Shown: in pieces, positions 42,240 through 53,304 of the stretch
How positions within the stretch are numbered: position 1 is the stretch's first letter
Layout: every line of letters begins with the position of its first letter
Source: Paramoeba atlantica
Taxonomy: Eukaryota > Protista > Discosea
Length of the DNA stretch: 64,000 nucleotides
NCBI GenBank assembly: GCA_977017575.1
Contig: CDRNVI010000103.1
Span: 62,001-126,000 of the forward strand
Reading direction: 5' to 3'
Program-made: the position numbers and the translations under genes
Notes under the pieces: generated by a model
Database searches by the model: none
Told to the model about the DNA's origin: nothing
The model's input: the letters and a program-made list of their open reading frames with translations, nothing else

Positions 42240-43712
42240 ATGGTGCGTCCCACCCCCCCTACCCTCCTCTATCTCCTCTCCTGCACCCTTCTCCTCTCCC
42301 CCTCCTCCTCTTCCCCCGCCTTTTCCCCCCTCCCCTTTCTCACCACCGATATGGACCACGCAACCCCCTCCTCCTCCTCCCCCACCCTCTCCACCTCCTC
42401 CCCTCATCGCAAGAAGCCTTCCTCTCTCCCCACCACGCCTCCTACCCCTTCGGGGGAACAGGAAGATCGGGAGCAGGAGAACCCACCCCTCACCCCTTCC
42501 ATCCCCACCCTCTCGGATTCGCTACCCTCCCCTCCTCGTACCTCTCCTATTACCCCTCGGATTCATCGAGGGGTACACACGAGAGAGAACCCCTTAACAG
42601 AGGGAAAAGGAGAAGAAAAAGAAGAAGAGGAAGAAGAAGAAGAATCTAAAAAGAAGGTGGCTGAAGGTAAAGAGAGGGTAGCTGAAGGTAAAGAGAAGCT
42701 AGCTGAAGGTAAAGAGAAGCTAGCTGAAGGTAAAGAGAAACCTGAAACCTTAACCCAAACCCACGGGTTCGTCTCTTCTTCTTCAACCTCTTCCTCATCT
42801 TCCTCTTCCTCCTCATCATCGCCCTCCTCTACCCCCACCCCAACCATCCCCACAACCCAAGGGTTGCTCTCTTCCCCTTTTTCTTCTTCTTCTTCTTCTT
42901 CTTCTTCTTCTTCCTCTTCCCCCTCCCTGAGCCCCGATGCCAGTGTCATCCTCTCCGACGTTCTCCGCTCCCTTCACCGCTCCCCCCACCGGCCCTCCCA
43001 CCCGCTCCCCTCACGTACCCTACGCGGTGAGTTGGATGCGCCAGCGGGGGAGGGGGAGGGGGAGGGGGAGGGGGGGGATGTGAACGACATGGGGGGGGAG
43101 TTCACCGACACGGTGGCCTCCCCGGGGAGGGAGGGGGAAGAAGAAGACGAAGAAGGCGGAGGAGACCGTAAGAAATATCCAGAGGGGGAAGAGGAGGAGG
43201 AGTACGTAGAAGACGATGGGGAGGAGGAGGAGGAGGACTCCGAGGCGATGTTGAATGCGATGATGGATCAAACTTTTGCGGAGGTGATTGGGTCGGGGCC
43301 GTCTCCAAAGTCGGTGGATGCGTTTTTTGCGCATTCCGTGAGTGATGGGGAGGAGGAGGGGGGGAAGGGAGGGGGAGGTTTGTTGTTGGATTCGGATGCG
43401 GATTTGACACCGGACGAGGAGGAGGGGGGGGAGGGTTCGACGCATAGTGTTTTGGGGTCGATTTGTGCTGCGTTTTGGCGCTCTCCGGTGGGTCGTTTTT
43501 TGCGGTGCGTGGGCAGATGGATCTCTCGTATTTTTTGCTGTGGTGAGACGGAGTCAAGGATGGCGGAGAATGGGGAATCGGAAACGTGGGTTGCCGAGGA
43601 TGTTGCGTCCGCGCCTCCTGCTGAGGCTCGTAGCTCATGGATACCTTCCTTTTTTCAAAGAAAGAAATCTCCCGAGAAACTTTCAGAGGAAGATTGGGTA
43701 CTTATGGAATAA
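42240..43712 (+). CDS. Acidic low-complexity protein with signal-peptide-like start and 7-aa tandem repeat
   Basis: 490-aa ORF; TLLYLLSCTLLLSP; (V/L)AEGKE(R/K) x4; poly-E and poly-S tracts. Confidence 0.65.
   Translation: MVRPTPPTLLYLLSCTLLLSPSSSSPAFSPLPFLTTDMDHATPSSSSPTLSTSSPHRKKPSSLPTTPPTPSGEQEDREQENPPLTPSIPTLSDSLPSPPRTSPITPRIHRGVHTRENPLTEGKGEEKEEEEEEEESKKKVAEGKERVAEGKEKLAEGKEKLAEGKEKPETLTQTHGFVSSSSTSSSSSSSSSSSPSSTPTPTIPTTQGLLSSPFSSSSSSSSSSSSSPSLSPDASVILSDVLRSLHRSPHRPSHPLPSRTLRGELDAPAGEGEGEGEGGDVNDMGGEFTDTVASPGREGEEEDEEGGGDRKKYPEGEEEEEYVEDDGEEEEEDSEAMLNAMMDQTFAEVIGSGPSPKSVDAFFAHSVSDGEEEGGKGGGGLLLDSDADLTPDEEEGGEGSTHSVLGSICAAFWRSPVGRFLRCVGRWISRIFCCGETESRMAENGESETWVAEDVASAPPAEARSSWIPSFFQRKKSPEKLSEEDWVLME
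42657..42740 (+). repeat. 21 bp coding tandem repeat x4
   Basis: (G/C)T(G/A)GCTGAAGGTAAAGAGA(G/A)(G/A) four times. Confidence 0.9.
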
Positions 43713-44323
43713 GGCTTTGGAGCTACAAGTAGTAATTCCTGGCATATAAGGAATATCTGATATCAGGTTCGAGTCAATATGGAACGATTTCGTGAAATAT
43801 TTTTTAGACTTTTTACGTAGAAATGCTTTACTCCGTGCATTCATTCGATAAATTTTATTAGGACAGCTTCTTTGTTCACTCAATTGTTATGCAGCACACA
43901 TGTTTTCCATGTGATTGCTAGAGTCATTTTTTCTGGCCTTTAGTTTGGAATTCGAATGTTACAATATGACATAATGTAAAAAGACAGACATAATATGTCT
44001 GTCTTTTTCACTACTTGTGCGCCACATATCCATGTACTTTACACCACGTAGTAATTGAAATGAAATTTACTTTGTTAAAATTTTATTTTCTGTAACTTTT
44101 TCATGGAATTGGGCACCTGCCTCTCATTGCCCTGGTTTACGGAGCCGTATGACCATCCGGCCTTAAATTATCGTTTTTCAAAAATTGAGCTTTCCTTCGA
44201 TTAGGTAATGCAACACCTGCACACAATGAGTTTTTCCAAAGGCTCTTTCACGAAGAGAACACCATACAAAGTTTCGTGAAGCTTGCGGAGGCAAAGCCTT
44301 TTTGCTGCTCCTCCCCATAAAGA

Positions 44324-47300
44324 ATGCTTTTTAGATGTCCTATGTGTCGACATGCACTCAAGGATAGATTTTCCAAACGTTCTCTTACCCCTTCAAATCA
44401 GGACGACTGTATCCATCTCCGGGCATTGCTTCGCGCTTTACCAGGTCCGAACTCCTCGATGATTCCATTTTACCAATTTCTACATCGCCTACCGCTCACA
44501 TCTATTCGATATTTCGCATCCCTCCACTCCAAAGGTCTGGGTGCCTTCCTTTTCGAATACGTGCGAATGTTTGATGTAAGAAAGGATCGGTTACAGAAAA
44601 CAAGAGAAATTCGCGAAAACGAGTGTCGCGTGATGGCAACAAAATGGAAACCGAAACAAAGAGTAGATCCTATTCAAATTTTCGACAAAAAAGCAACAAA
44701 CCCTACCCCAATCTCACGGGACCACACAAAAACGAGCCAGCCCCCATCCACCCTACCCCCCACATCACGCACAACCCCAAGCCTACCTCCTTCTCCTCTC
44801 CCCCCTCCCCCCTCCTTATCCCCTGCATCCCCTACAACTCTATTTTCTGCCTTCTCCTTTCTTCGCTCTTTGCAACTTGAAAATGAAACCTCTCTTCATG
44901 CGACTCTGGCCGACACCCACAGCTACACGTTGCGGCACCGGTACGAGATGCCCACACTTCTTTGCTTCTTTCTTCACTGGCGGTTGAAGCAGCAGCCAGG
45001 GTGGCACCCCGCGGATCGGGTCTCGGAAATGTACAACACCCTGGCGGCTCATCGGGATCAAGGGAATAGAAATAAAACGGCAGGGGATACAAATGAAACT
45101 ACAGGGGACACAGATGAAAAAAAAGATACAAACCATAAAAACAGTTTGCCTGTTTCGTTGTTTTCGCTGCCCTCTCCATTTTCGTTACGGTTGTACTTAC
45201 GAAAAGGTCCGGGGTCGAGATATGCCACCGTGAGCCCTTGTGGGTTCTGGGTGTGTTCGACCTCGTGGTATTTACGTGCCTCACGACCTCCTCCGCCTTT
45301 TCCGGAGTTTGACCGATTTATGTCGGCAGCAGTGGTAACAGGGGAGGGTGGAGATGCTGGGACGGAGAGTGGAAAAGATAGGGTGGGTAGGTCTTCAAAA
45401 ACAGGCAAAGAAGTACGCTTGGTGGATGAGGATTATTCCTCAACTGTACGGAGTGCACTTCCAGGAATTGTTTTGGAAAAACTTCCACAAACACTTTCGT
45501 GTTTGTTAATGAAGGAAAAAGGGCCACAAAATATATTTGCTACGCAAGAATTGCTGCAAAAGAAAGAATTTCACACAAATACCTCCCGTCAGATTCACGT
45601 GCAGCGCTCGGGCACCGATTTAGAAAAATCTCTGAACTTGTGCGATTTTCTTGCTCCACCCCCTGCCGTTCCTCTTCGCATTCTTGTGCAATCGTTGCGT
45701 TGGGCAGAGACCTCTGAGCTTCGTAAATCAGGTTACACAAATCTTCTCCCGTTCCTAATTGATCACCCCGAAAGGTACACCCTACGTTTCTCTGAGCAAG
45801 ATCGTCAGGTCACCCAAACAGCCGATGACACAAAAAAAGAGCTTGAAAGTACACAAAGCTCTGTAGCAAAAACTGTTATAGCAGAAACATCTTTATCCCA
45901 TTCGCACAATTCATTCTTTTCAGACGAAAAAGAGAGCGGAAAGTGTTTATCAAAAAGGAGTTCTGAAAATCCTTCTTCCCACTCCTATTTACTATGTGTT
46001 GTGCAATCCACCCCGCTGCTAAGTTACCGTCGCACTTTGCTTCGAATGCTTGCGAGAGGTCAACACTGGACTCCTATCCGAAGTTTTGTTCCCCTTTTTT
46101 GGGTTCCCTTGATTGCGGTCGAGAAAGCTCTTCCTTCGCATGTTTCAATGCTCTATCATCGATGTGATGGCATCAACGGATTGTTGCACGTCGGGAGTGG
46201 AGTACTGTTGGGAGAAATTCGAAGTGCGTGGCGTAAAAGAGCTCTTATTCTGATAAGAAAGTTGGAGATGTCACCCACGAATGGGAATGAACGTGCGGAA
46301 AAGGAAGGTGAAAGCGTAAAGCACAAGGACATTAAAGAAATAAATGGAAAACGTCTACATTCAGACGAACGCGTTAAAGAGCCTTTGGGAGATTCCTCGA
46401 GAAGACTTTCAAAGGTTGAGGAAGATTCTCAGTTCGCAGATTATCTTCTTACACCGAAACTTCTGAATTCTATCTCGTATCTTCTTCCGCCGAACGGCTT
46501 CATTACCATAGGTGCACTACGATATCAGTTACGTCAGAAAGGAATGAAATTTGATGGAGATCGGACGTCAGCGAAGAACTCCGTTTCAATTCGCAAATAC
46601 TCCGAACAAACCAAACCAATCAGTGACCCACAATCTTCAGTGTACAAGTCGGATGCATCCTGCTTTAGTCCTGCCCACTCCGCATGGCCACTCGATCTTA
46701 TTCTTGCATTTCGCCCCGATTTATTCGAGTGTTGTCCTGCACAAGGAGTACGAAAGCGACACGCTCTTGTGGAGAAAAATAACATAAAATCACGGGAAAA
46801 TACGAAAAACGCAGAATTGGCATTTTTTCGTCCACCTGTAGGGGAACGTATTACGGCTACACTTTCTCATGTAAACCCGTGCATTCGCGTTGCATTTTCA
46901 AAAACGTTGAAACGTCAAGAATATAAAGCCATTGCGCTTCGACATGGGGCACATTACAGCGAGAACGACATTGTAGAAAAAGTGTACAGCTTACTTCCTT
47001 CGAACTCAGCGCAGGATGGGATTAACTCTTCCTTTTCAAGGGCAAGTAACTCCTCTGCCAAAGCGGATTCTCGTTTCTTTCATGAAAGTTCCGACTTAAA
47101 TGAGGCTGTACCCCTTGCCGTTATTTCGTCTCGTCTGCAAGGGCTTGCTCCTGGCATGCTGGAACAGGTCTTGTTCCGCCACGATTCCCTTCGCGAATTC
47201 TTGAAAAGGTTTCCAACCAAATTTGCCTGGAAAAAAGTTCCCTCCTTAACTCCTGGAGTCGACATCTACGGAGTGCAACGCTATCGTAAACTTCCTTCGT

Positions 47301-48814
47301 CTCCTTCCACGTCGATCGAGAGCGTCCCGAATCCCTACTTCTGTGAAGAAAAAATGTACCAAGCAGTGTACCAAACGTTTCCCCGACATTATGTTGGCAA
47401 TCTTTCCGGTGGAACACCGAGTAATGCCGTAACCTCCGAAAACAACTCTCCTGAAGATAAGGCCTCCCCTTCACTCCACGATGCATTCGTCATGCAGAAC
47501 GGACTGTCTCGCTCACATTCTCCCTCTAAAGAAGCTAAAAACGGCTCCATTTCCTGCCACGAATCCCGCAAAGGTCTTCCCCTACCTCAACTCATGGAGC
47601 GGCTCCCCGAGTTAGCCCGTGAGGCCCTGCATGGGTACTATGGTGGCGCCCAACGTTATTTCTCCAATCGCCCTCGCGACTATCGCATCGTAGAGACCCA
47701 TCCCAGCCAGGCCTCTCTACGCAGTGAGTCTCAGACACAGAAATTAGGTAAAATCCGTCCCTCGGCCATGTTTGTCTGCGTGGTCTACTTGAGAAATGTG
47801 AACCGAGGATTGCAGGAATCTGCGGTTCTCCCCTCACGCCATAAAACCCGGATAAAGACAAATGACGATGTTCATGTGGAGCCAAAGGAGGCCGGGAACA
47901 GGGGAAAACACAATGTTTTGATGGACAAGGCTTCCAAAAGGAGGAATGAGGCGGCGGTTAATGTGAATTTGCTTGAAAGTCGCCCGGTAAAACCTAAAGC
48001 TTGCGATAAAAATCATTTTGAAAATCGCGATCACGGGTCCTCTGAAACGAAAACTGGTGTGTCTGAAACAAACGGGAGCTCAAAAAAATTAACAGCAAGT
48101 CCGCCCTTATTTCACATTTCTGATATTCTAAAGGGAAGCATGTCAGAGGATAATACTTCTAGGGTCTTGTCTGAGCTTCTATTTCCGTCTTCTGTTGAGC
48201 AATTTGCTGAACAATATGTTATGCTTCATAAAATGTCGCCAAATCTTCAACGTAACACGTGTCCAAGAAAGGATATGCTGCGCACTAACTCTTGTGAGAA
48301 TGATAAATTACCGGATACACGACTCGAAAATGCTACGAAAAGCGACTTCATAGAAGAAGTAAAAACCGAAAACGTAGTGCACCGGAAGGAAGAAATGAAC
48401 GTTTCGACTACACCACATAATCCGTCTAGTGTAGAGGTAGATGACACAAGCTCAAATTCCTCAGTTGAAAACTTGAATATCAACCCCAAGAAGAAAGTGT
48501 CGTCCCCTGTTTTGAGTTCTCCGAGCGCGAATTCTGGTTCGGGTGTTGCGCATAACTCAGCACCAGAACTCTATGAGACGGACTTTAGCTTAAGTAAAGC
48601 AACCAAAAGCATTTCAGGCTTACCCGTTCAATCTGCTTTAGCTAGGAATTCACAACACTTGGCGGCTACGCTGTCCCCGTATCTCAATGACACGTGGAGG
48701 TGTGAGTACGACCGGTACGTACGCCACACATTGCGCGGAGTGCTCAAGCCTAAAGGTGAGGAAGATATCGATTTGGATGATGAACTCGCCGAGGAAGGAG
48801 GAGATCTTCTGTAG
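44324..48814 (+). CDS. Large hypothetical protein (1496 aa) with repeated winged-helix-like (LOTUS/OST-HTH-like) motifs
   Basis: Uninterrupted 4.5 kb ORF with a recurrent (V/L)PL-x-x-(L/I)...L-x-x-F-x-x-x-x-P-x-x-(F/Y) pattern. Domain call is tentative. Confidence 0.7.
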   Translation: MLFRCPMCRHALKDRFSKRSLTPSNQDDCIHLRALLRALPGPNSSMIPFYQFLHRLPLTSIRYFASLHSKGLGAFLFEYVRMFDVRKDRLQKTREIRENECRVMATKWKPKQRVDPIQIFDKKATNPTPISRDHTKTSQPPSTLPPTSRTTPSLPPSPLPPPPSLSPASPTTLFSAFSFLRSLQLENETSLHATLADTHSYTLRHRYEMPTLLCFFLHWRLKQQPGWHPADRVSEMYNTLAAHRDQGNRNKTAGDTNETTGDTDEKKDTNHKNSLPVSLFSLPSPFSLRLYLRKGPGSRYATVSPCGFWVCSTSWYLRASRPPPPFPEFDRFMSAAVVTGEGGDAGTESGKDRVGRSSKTGKEVRLVDEDYSSTVRSALPGIVLEKLPQTLSCLLMKEKGPQNIFATQELLQKKEFHTNTSRQIHVQRSGTDLEKSLNLCDFLAPPPAVPLRILVQSLRWAETSELRKSGYTNLLPFLIDHPERYTLRFSEQDRQVTQTADDTKKELESTQSSVAKTVIAETSLSHSHNSFFSDEKESGKCLSKRSSENPSSHSYLLCVVQSTPLLSYRRTLLRMLARGQHWTPIRSFVPLFWVPLIAVEKALPSHVSMLYHRCDGINGLLHVGSGVLLGEIRSAWRKRALILIRKLEMSPTNGNERAEKEGESVKHKDIKEINGKRLHSDERVKEPLGDSSRRLSKVEEDSQFADYLLTPKLLNSISYLLPPNGFITIGALRYQLRQKGMKFDGDRTSAKNSVSIRKYSEQTKPISDPQSSVYKSDASCFSPAHSAWPLDLILAFRPDLFECCPAQGVRKRHALVEKNNIKSRENTKNAELAFFRPPVGERITATLSHVNPCIRVAFSKTLKRQEYKAIALRHGAHYSENDIVEKVYSLLPSNSAQDGINSSFSRASNSSAKADSRFFHESSDLNEAVPLAVISSRLQGLAPGMLEQVLFRHDSLREFLKRFPTKFAWKKVPSLTPGVDIYGVQRYRKLPSSPSTSIESVPNPYFCEEKMYQAVYQTFPRHYVGNLSGGTPSNAVTSENNSPEDKASPSLHDAFVMQNGLSRSHSPSKEAKNGSISCHESRKGLPLPQLMERLPELAREALHGYYGGAQRYFSNRPRDYRIVETHPSQASLRSESQTQKLGKIRPSAMFVCVVYLRNVNRGLQESAVLPSRHKTRIKTNDDVHVEPKEAGNRGKHNVLMDKASKRRNEAAVNVNLLESRPVKPKACDKNHFENRDHGSSETKTGVSETNGSSKKLTASPPLFHISDILKGSMSEDNTSRVLSELLFPSSVEQFAEQYVMLHKMSPNLQRNTCPRKDMLRTNSCENDKLPDTRLENATKSDFIEEVKTENVVHRKEEMNVSTTPHNPSSVEVDDTSSNSSVENLNINPKKKVSSPVLSSPSANSGSGVAHNSAPELYETDFSLSKATKSISGLPVQSALARNSQHLAATLSPYLNDTWRCEYDRYVRHTLRGVLKPKGEEDIDLDDELAEEGGDLL

Positions 48815-49136
48815 AATAGCTACTGTATTCTACATGTTTCGATGCCACAAGGTCTGCGACGGACTACCGTTGGAGATCACTCGAGATCATTTTCGAGCAT
48901 CCGAAGCGCCTGCATATGAAGCATTCGAAGCAGCTGCTAGTGTTGAAAATGGATAAAGGGGGGCATTTACCTGCGTGATATTCATCTGTGATTTTTTCAA
49001 AAATTACAAAATTCTTGTATAATTTTTATTGTGAATCAGTTTGGCAAAATGCACCCGTTCTTGCGATCACTATACAACTGCCTACCTACAACTGTATACA
49101 GAGTTTAGATTTTGTGTCTAACGATTTACTTTTCGC

Positions 49137-49970
49137 ATGATAGGCTCCATAATACTAACAAACAACAGTGATCTACCTGTCAGCTCTCGCCTGGGGAAAG
49201 TACGAGGGGCAATGCTTTCTCCTGACATACAAATGAACAATTTCGTCTCACGCGTTTGCTCCACTAAGAAGCCTGGCATGTTCAACGAAACTTCCGTATG
49301 TTCGTGGTCAAGAGTTACTTGTGACGAACAGTCACAAGTTAAATCAATCAAATGGGATTTTCTAGCGTTGAGTGGAAATCTTACATGGGAGTTTTTACCT
49401 TCCACCGTCACATGTCTTAAACTAGGTAATAATAATCTCACAGGTGTTCTTCCAACGGCACTCTTACCCGCAGAAATGTCCTACTTAAGCCTCCAGTATA
49501 ATGCTTTTCATGGAAATTTTGATGCTGCATGTCTACCCGTAGCACTAGAAATGCTCTGGTCAGCACACAATTTTTTTTCTGGGGTACTTGATCTTACAGC
49601 GCTGCCTCCCGTGGCAAACACAATTTCTCTAATGCGAAATCTGTTTGAAGGCAAACTCGATTTAACGCTTCTACCCTCATCCTTGTTAGAGCTCTTTTTG
49701 CATCACAATCAATTTTCGGGTGAGGTGGATCTGACGCATCTCCCCCCTCGGTTAAAAACCCTATACTTGATGCAAAATTTGTTGAGCGGTGAATTAATTC
49801 TACAGAATCTTCCAGACTCTCTTCAGAACGTTCACGTCGGATCAAACAGTTTTGTTGGGGAAGTACAACTCAAAAATTTACCTCCTCGTCTACATACGTT
49901 GAATATTTCGAATAACAGCAAACCTTTGGAGATAAACGGTGCACCGTCATCCGTCCTTGTTGTGCGTTGA
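49137..49970 (+). CDS. Small LRR protein, paralog 9
   Basis: KVRGAMLSPDIQM, SVCSWSRVTC and LRRs. Confidence 0.88.
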   Translation: MIGSIILTNNSDLPVSSRLGKVRGAMLSPDIQMNNFVSRVCSTKKPGMFNETSVCSWSRVTCDEQSQVKSIKWDFLALSGNLTWEFLPSTVTCLKLGNNNLTGVLPTALLPAEMSYLSLQYNAFHGNFDAACLPVALEMLWSAHNFFSGVLDLTALPPVANTISLMRNLFEGKLDLTLLPSSLLELFLHHNQFSGEVDLTHLPPRLKTLYLMQNLLSGELILQNLPDSLQNVHVGSNSFVGEVQLKNLPPRLHTLNISNNSKPLEINGAPSSVLVVR

Positions 49971-50115
49971 AAAACGTAACCTTGTTAAAAACTAATTAAG
50001 AAGAAGATATTTTCGATTCAGTATTCACTAAAATGATTCATGACTACTGTGCATAATATTTCTTTCAAGCATTACATTATTTCATTACATTCAACACCGA
50101 ATACACAAATAAACA

Positions 50116-50952
50116 TTTAGGCTCTTCGTTAAACGCGGTGTTTGTTTTCAACTTAGAAGTCACTCATTCTGCGCGCTTCGCGTTGAAAACTACCGCCGCG
50201 TTTAACGAAGAGCCTAAAAAAGAAAATTTAGCCTGGAAAACGGAAAGATTATAGCCAAAAATAGCCGATTTTCGGGTAAAAATGGGGTCATTTTCGCGCA
50301 TTTTTGCTCTCAGAGCACTAAATCCGACATTTGCGCGTGGGAAATCACTCGTAGGCATGAATGGAAGCCTACCGAACGTATTGGGTAGAGAATGCGACTC
50401 CAACCATACCATTATTTCGACACAAAAATGCCCCTTGGGGTCCGAAAAATACTTGTTCACCTTTTTTAGTCAAAATGTGTCATTTTGAGGGGCGCACCAC
50501 GGTTCGAAGAAGGGATACCTTGCGAAAGCAACTGCGGAGAAAGCTAGTGTAGGTCCCAAACTATCAAAATCCAACTGGGGAAACGATTTTGGAAAAATAT
50601 GTTTTTTGCCATTTTTTTCGCCAAGTTGAAATTTTTTTCAAATTTTTTTTTCCGAAAAAATCCGAACTTGTCGGACGCGTCCTGCAGATACGCGGGGGGG
50701 CCACCCCCGGGTAGGGGGGTGGAAAATGCGCGCCAAGACCCCGGCTACCCTTTCTGCGGTATTTTTTCGAAAACTAATTTTTTCGAAAAGATTTGCTCGA
50801 CCATGACCCCCCCCTGGACCCCCCATTTTTTTCAAATTCGACCATGACCCCCCTGGACCCCCCCCCATGGACCCCCCATTTTTTTCAAATTTTTTTTTCA
50901 GTTTTGGACCACCGGAGCCCCCTTTTATATTTTTTTCTTCTATTATATTACT
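50116..50952 (-). repeat. Inverted copy of family D lacking its 5' end
   Basis: Reverse complement of the D consensus, starting in the 3' palindrome TTTAGGCTCTTCGTTAAACGCGG. Confidence 0.88.
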
Positions 50953-51006
50953 AGACCATTCGACCAAGAAAAGCCCACCGGTTCGACGGTGCTAACGTTA
51001 GGTGTA

Positions 51007-51150
51007 TTGCGGTGGTTGTTTAACTACCGCTGTACCCTCGCTTATTAAAAAAAGTGAACAAATTTTTCACCCCCACGTGGGGGTGACCCCCCCTGGTATC
51101 CGCAGGATGGGTCCGCCAAGTTCGGATTTTTCACGAAAAAAAAGTTAGAA
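51007..51150 (+). repeat. Internally deleted family D derivative
   Basis: TTGCGGTGGTTGTTTAACTACCGC...GGGGGTGACCCCC...GGTCCGCCAAGTTCGGATTTTT. Confidence 0.7.
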
Positions 51151-51389
51151 AAAATTCTAGGCGGGATCCTAGGCGCTCCCACCCAGAGTCACCCCTCTAA
51201 GCACAATGTATTATTAACGTGTATTACATGCCGAAACCCTCGTTTAAGTCCTGCAGAATAACAATTCCAGTAACATGATTTCTGTATCTTCCGATTGAAG
51301 CAAAAAATATTAAGAAGCTAAGGAAGAAAATTTTGACGAAAGATATCCTTGGCGCTCCCACCCAGAGTCACCCCACTAAGTATGACAGG

Positions 51390-52283
51390 TTGCGGTGGTT
51401 GTAAAACTACCGCTCTACACTCGATTATTGAAAAAAAGTGAACAAAAACAGTGAAAATATAAAGGGGAACACAGTAATATAATAGAAGAAAAAAATATAA
51501 AAGGGGGCTCCGGTGGTCCAAAACTGAAAAAAAAATTTGAAAAAAATGGGGGGTCCATGGGGGGGGTCCAGGGGGCGGGGGGCATGGTCGAGCAAATTTT
51601 TTCGAAAAAATTAGTTTTCGAAAAAAAACCGCAGAAAGGGTAGCCGGGGTCTTGGCGCGCATTTTCCACCCCCCTACCCTGGGGTGACCCCCCCGCGTAT
51701 CCGCAGGACGGGTCCGCCAAGTTCGGATTTTTTCGGAAAAAAAGTTTTGAAAAAAATTTCAACTTGGCGAAAAAAATGACAAAAAAAATATTTTTCCAAA
51801 ATCGTTTCCCCTATTGTATTTTGATAGTTTGGGACCTACACTAGCTTTCTCCGCAGTTGTTTTCGCAAGGTATCCCTTCTTCGAACTGTGGTGCGCCCCC
51901 CAAAATGACCCATTTTTGACTAAAAAAGGTGAAAAAGTATTTTTCGGACCTAAAGGGGCATTTTTGTGTCGAAAGAATGGTATGGTTGGAGTCGCATTCT
52001 CTACCCAATACGTTCGGTAGGCTTTCATTCATGCCTGCGAGTGATTTCCCACGCGCAAATGTCGGATTTAGTGCTCTGAGAGCAAAAATATGCGAAAATG
52101 ACCCCATTTGTACCCGAAATTCGGCCATTTTTGGCTATAATCTTTCCGTTTTCCAGGCTAAATTTTCTTTTTTAGGCTCTTCGTTAAACGCGGCGGTAGT
52201 TTTCAACGCGAAGCGCGCAGCATGAGTGACTTCTAAGTTGAAAGCAACCACCGCGTTTAACGAAGAGCCTAAAAAAGAAAATT
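51390..52283 (+). mobile_element. Family D full copy (hairpin-ended, ~0.9 kb; putative non-autonomous rolling-circle element)
   Basis: 5' TT-GCGGTGGTT-GTAA-AACTACCGC hairpin; 3' palindrome with ~47 bp arms (52161-52207, 52237-52283) ending AAATT. Confidence 0.75.
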
Positions 52284-52299
52284 ATTATTAAGTTGTCAA

Positions 52300-53184
52300 T
52301 TGCGGTGGTTGTAAAACTACCGCTCTACACTCGATTATTGAAAAAAAAGTAAACAAAAACAGTGAAAATATAAAGGGGAACACAGTAATATAATAGAAGA
52401 AAAAAATATAAAAGGGGGCTCCGGTGGTCCAAAACTGAAAAAAAAAATTGAAAAAAATGGGGGGTCCAGGGGGGGGGTCCAGGGGGGGGGGCATGGTCGA
52501 GCAAATTTTTTCGAAAAAATTAGTTTTCGAAAAAAAACCGCAGAAAGGGTAGCCGGGGTCTTGGCGCGCATTTTCCACCCCCCTACCCGGGGGTGACCCC
52601 CCCGCGTATCCGCAGGACGGGTCCGCCATGTTCGGATATTTTCGGAAAAAAAAAATTGAAAAAAATTTCAACTTGGCGAAAAAAATGACAAAAAAATATT
52701 TTTCCAAAATCGTTTCCCCTATTGTATTTTGATAGTTTGGGACCTACACTAGCTTTCTCCGCAGTTGTTTTCGCAAGGTATCCCTTCTTCGAACTGTGGT
52801 GCGCCCCCCAAAATGACCCATTTTTGACTAAAAAAGGTGAAAAAGTATTTTTCGGACCTAAAGGGGCATTTTTGTGTCGAAAGAATGGTATGGTTGGAGT
52901 CGCATTCTCTACCCAATACGTTCGGTAGGCTTTCATTCATGCCTGCGAGTGATTTCCCACGCGCAAATGTCGGATTTAGTGCTCTGAGAGCAAAAATATG
53001 CGAAAATGACCCCATTTGTACCCGAAATTCGGCCATTTTTGGCTATAATCTTTCCGTTTTCCAGGCTAAATTTTCTTTTTTAGGCTCTTCGTTAAACGCG
53101 GCGGTAGTTTTCAACGCGAAGCGCTCAGCATGAGTGACTTCTAAGTTGAAAACAACCACCGCGTTTAACGAAGAGCCTAAAATT
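52300..53184 (+). mobile_element. Family D full copy, tandem to the previous one
   Basis: Near-identical to 51390-52283, separated by 16 bp. Confidence 0.75.
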
Positions 53185-53304
53185 ATTATTGAGTTTCAAC
53201 AACTTAATATTATTCCGTCCCCCGGTTTACTTTTTTGGTCAGTTTTATCTTTTCCTCCAACTTTTTAGACAATTATTTCTATTTTTGCTTCAGAAAACGT
53301 CTTA

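Noticed and set aside
50164-53133. Recurrent ORFs such as MKAYRTYWVENAT... and MKKYFSDLKG...
   Set aside because: They recur only because family D is repeated; they occur on both strands, are F/P/K homopolymer-driven, and indels between copies change the frame.
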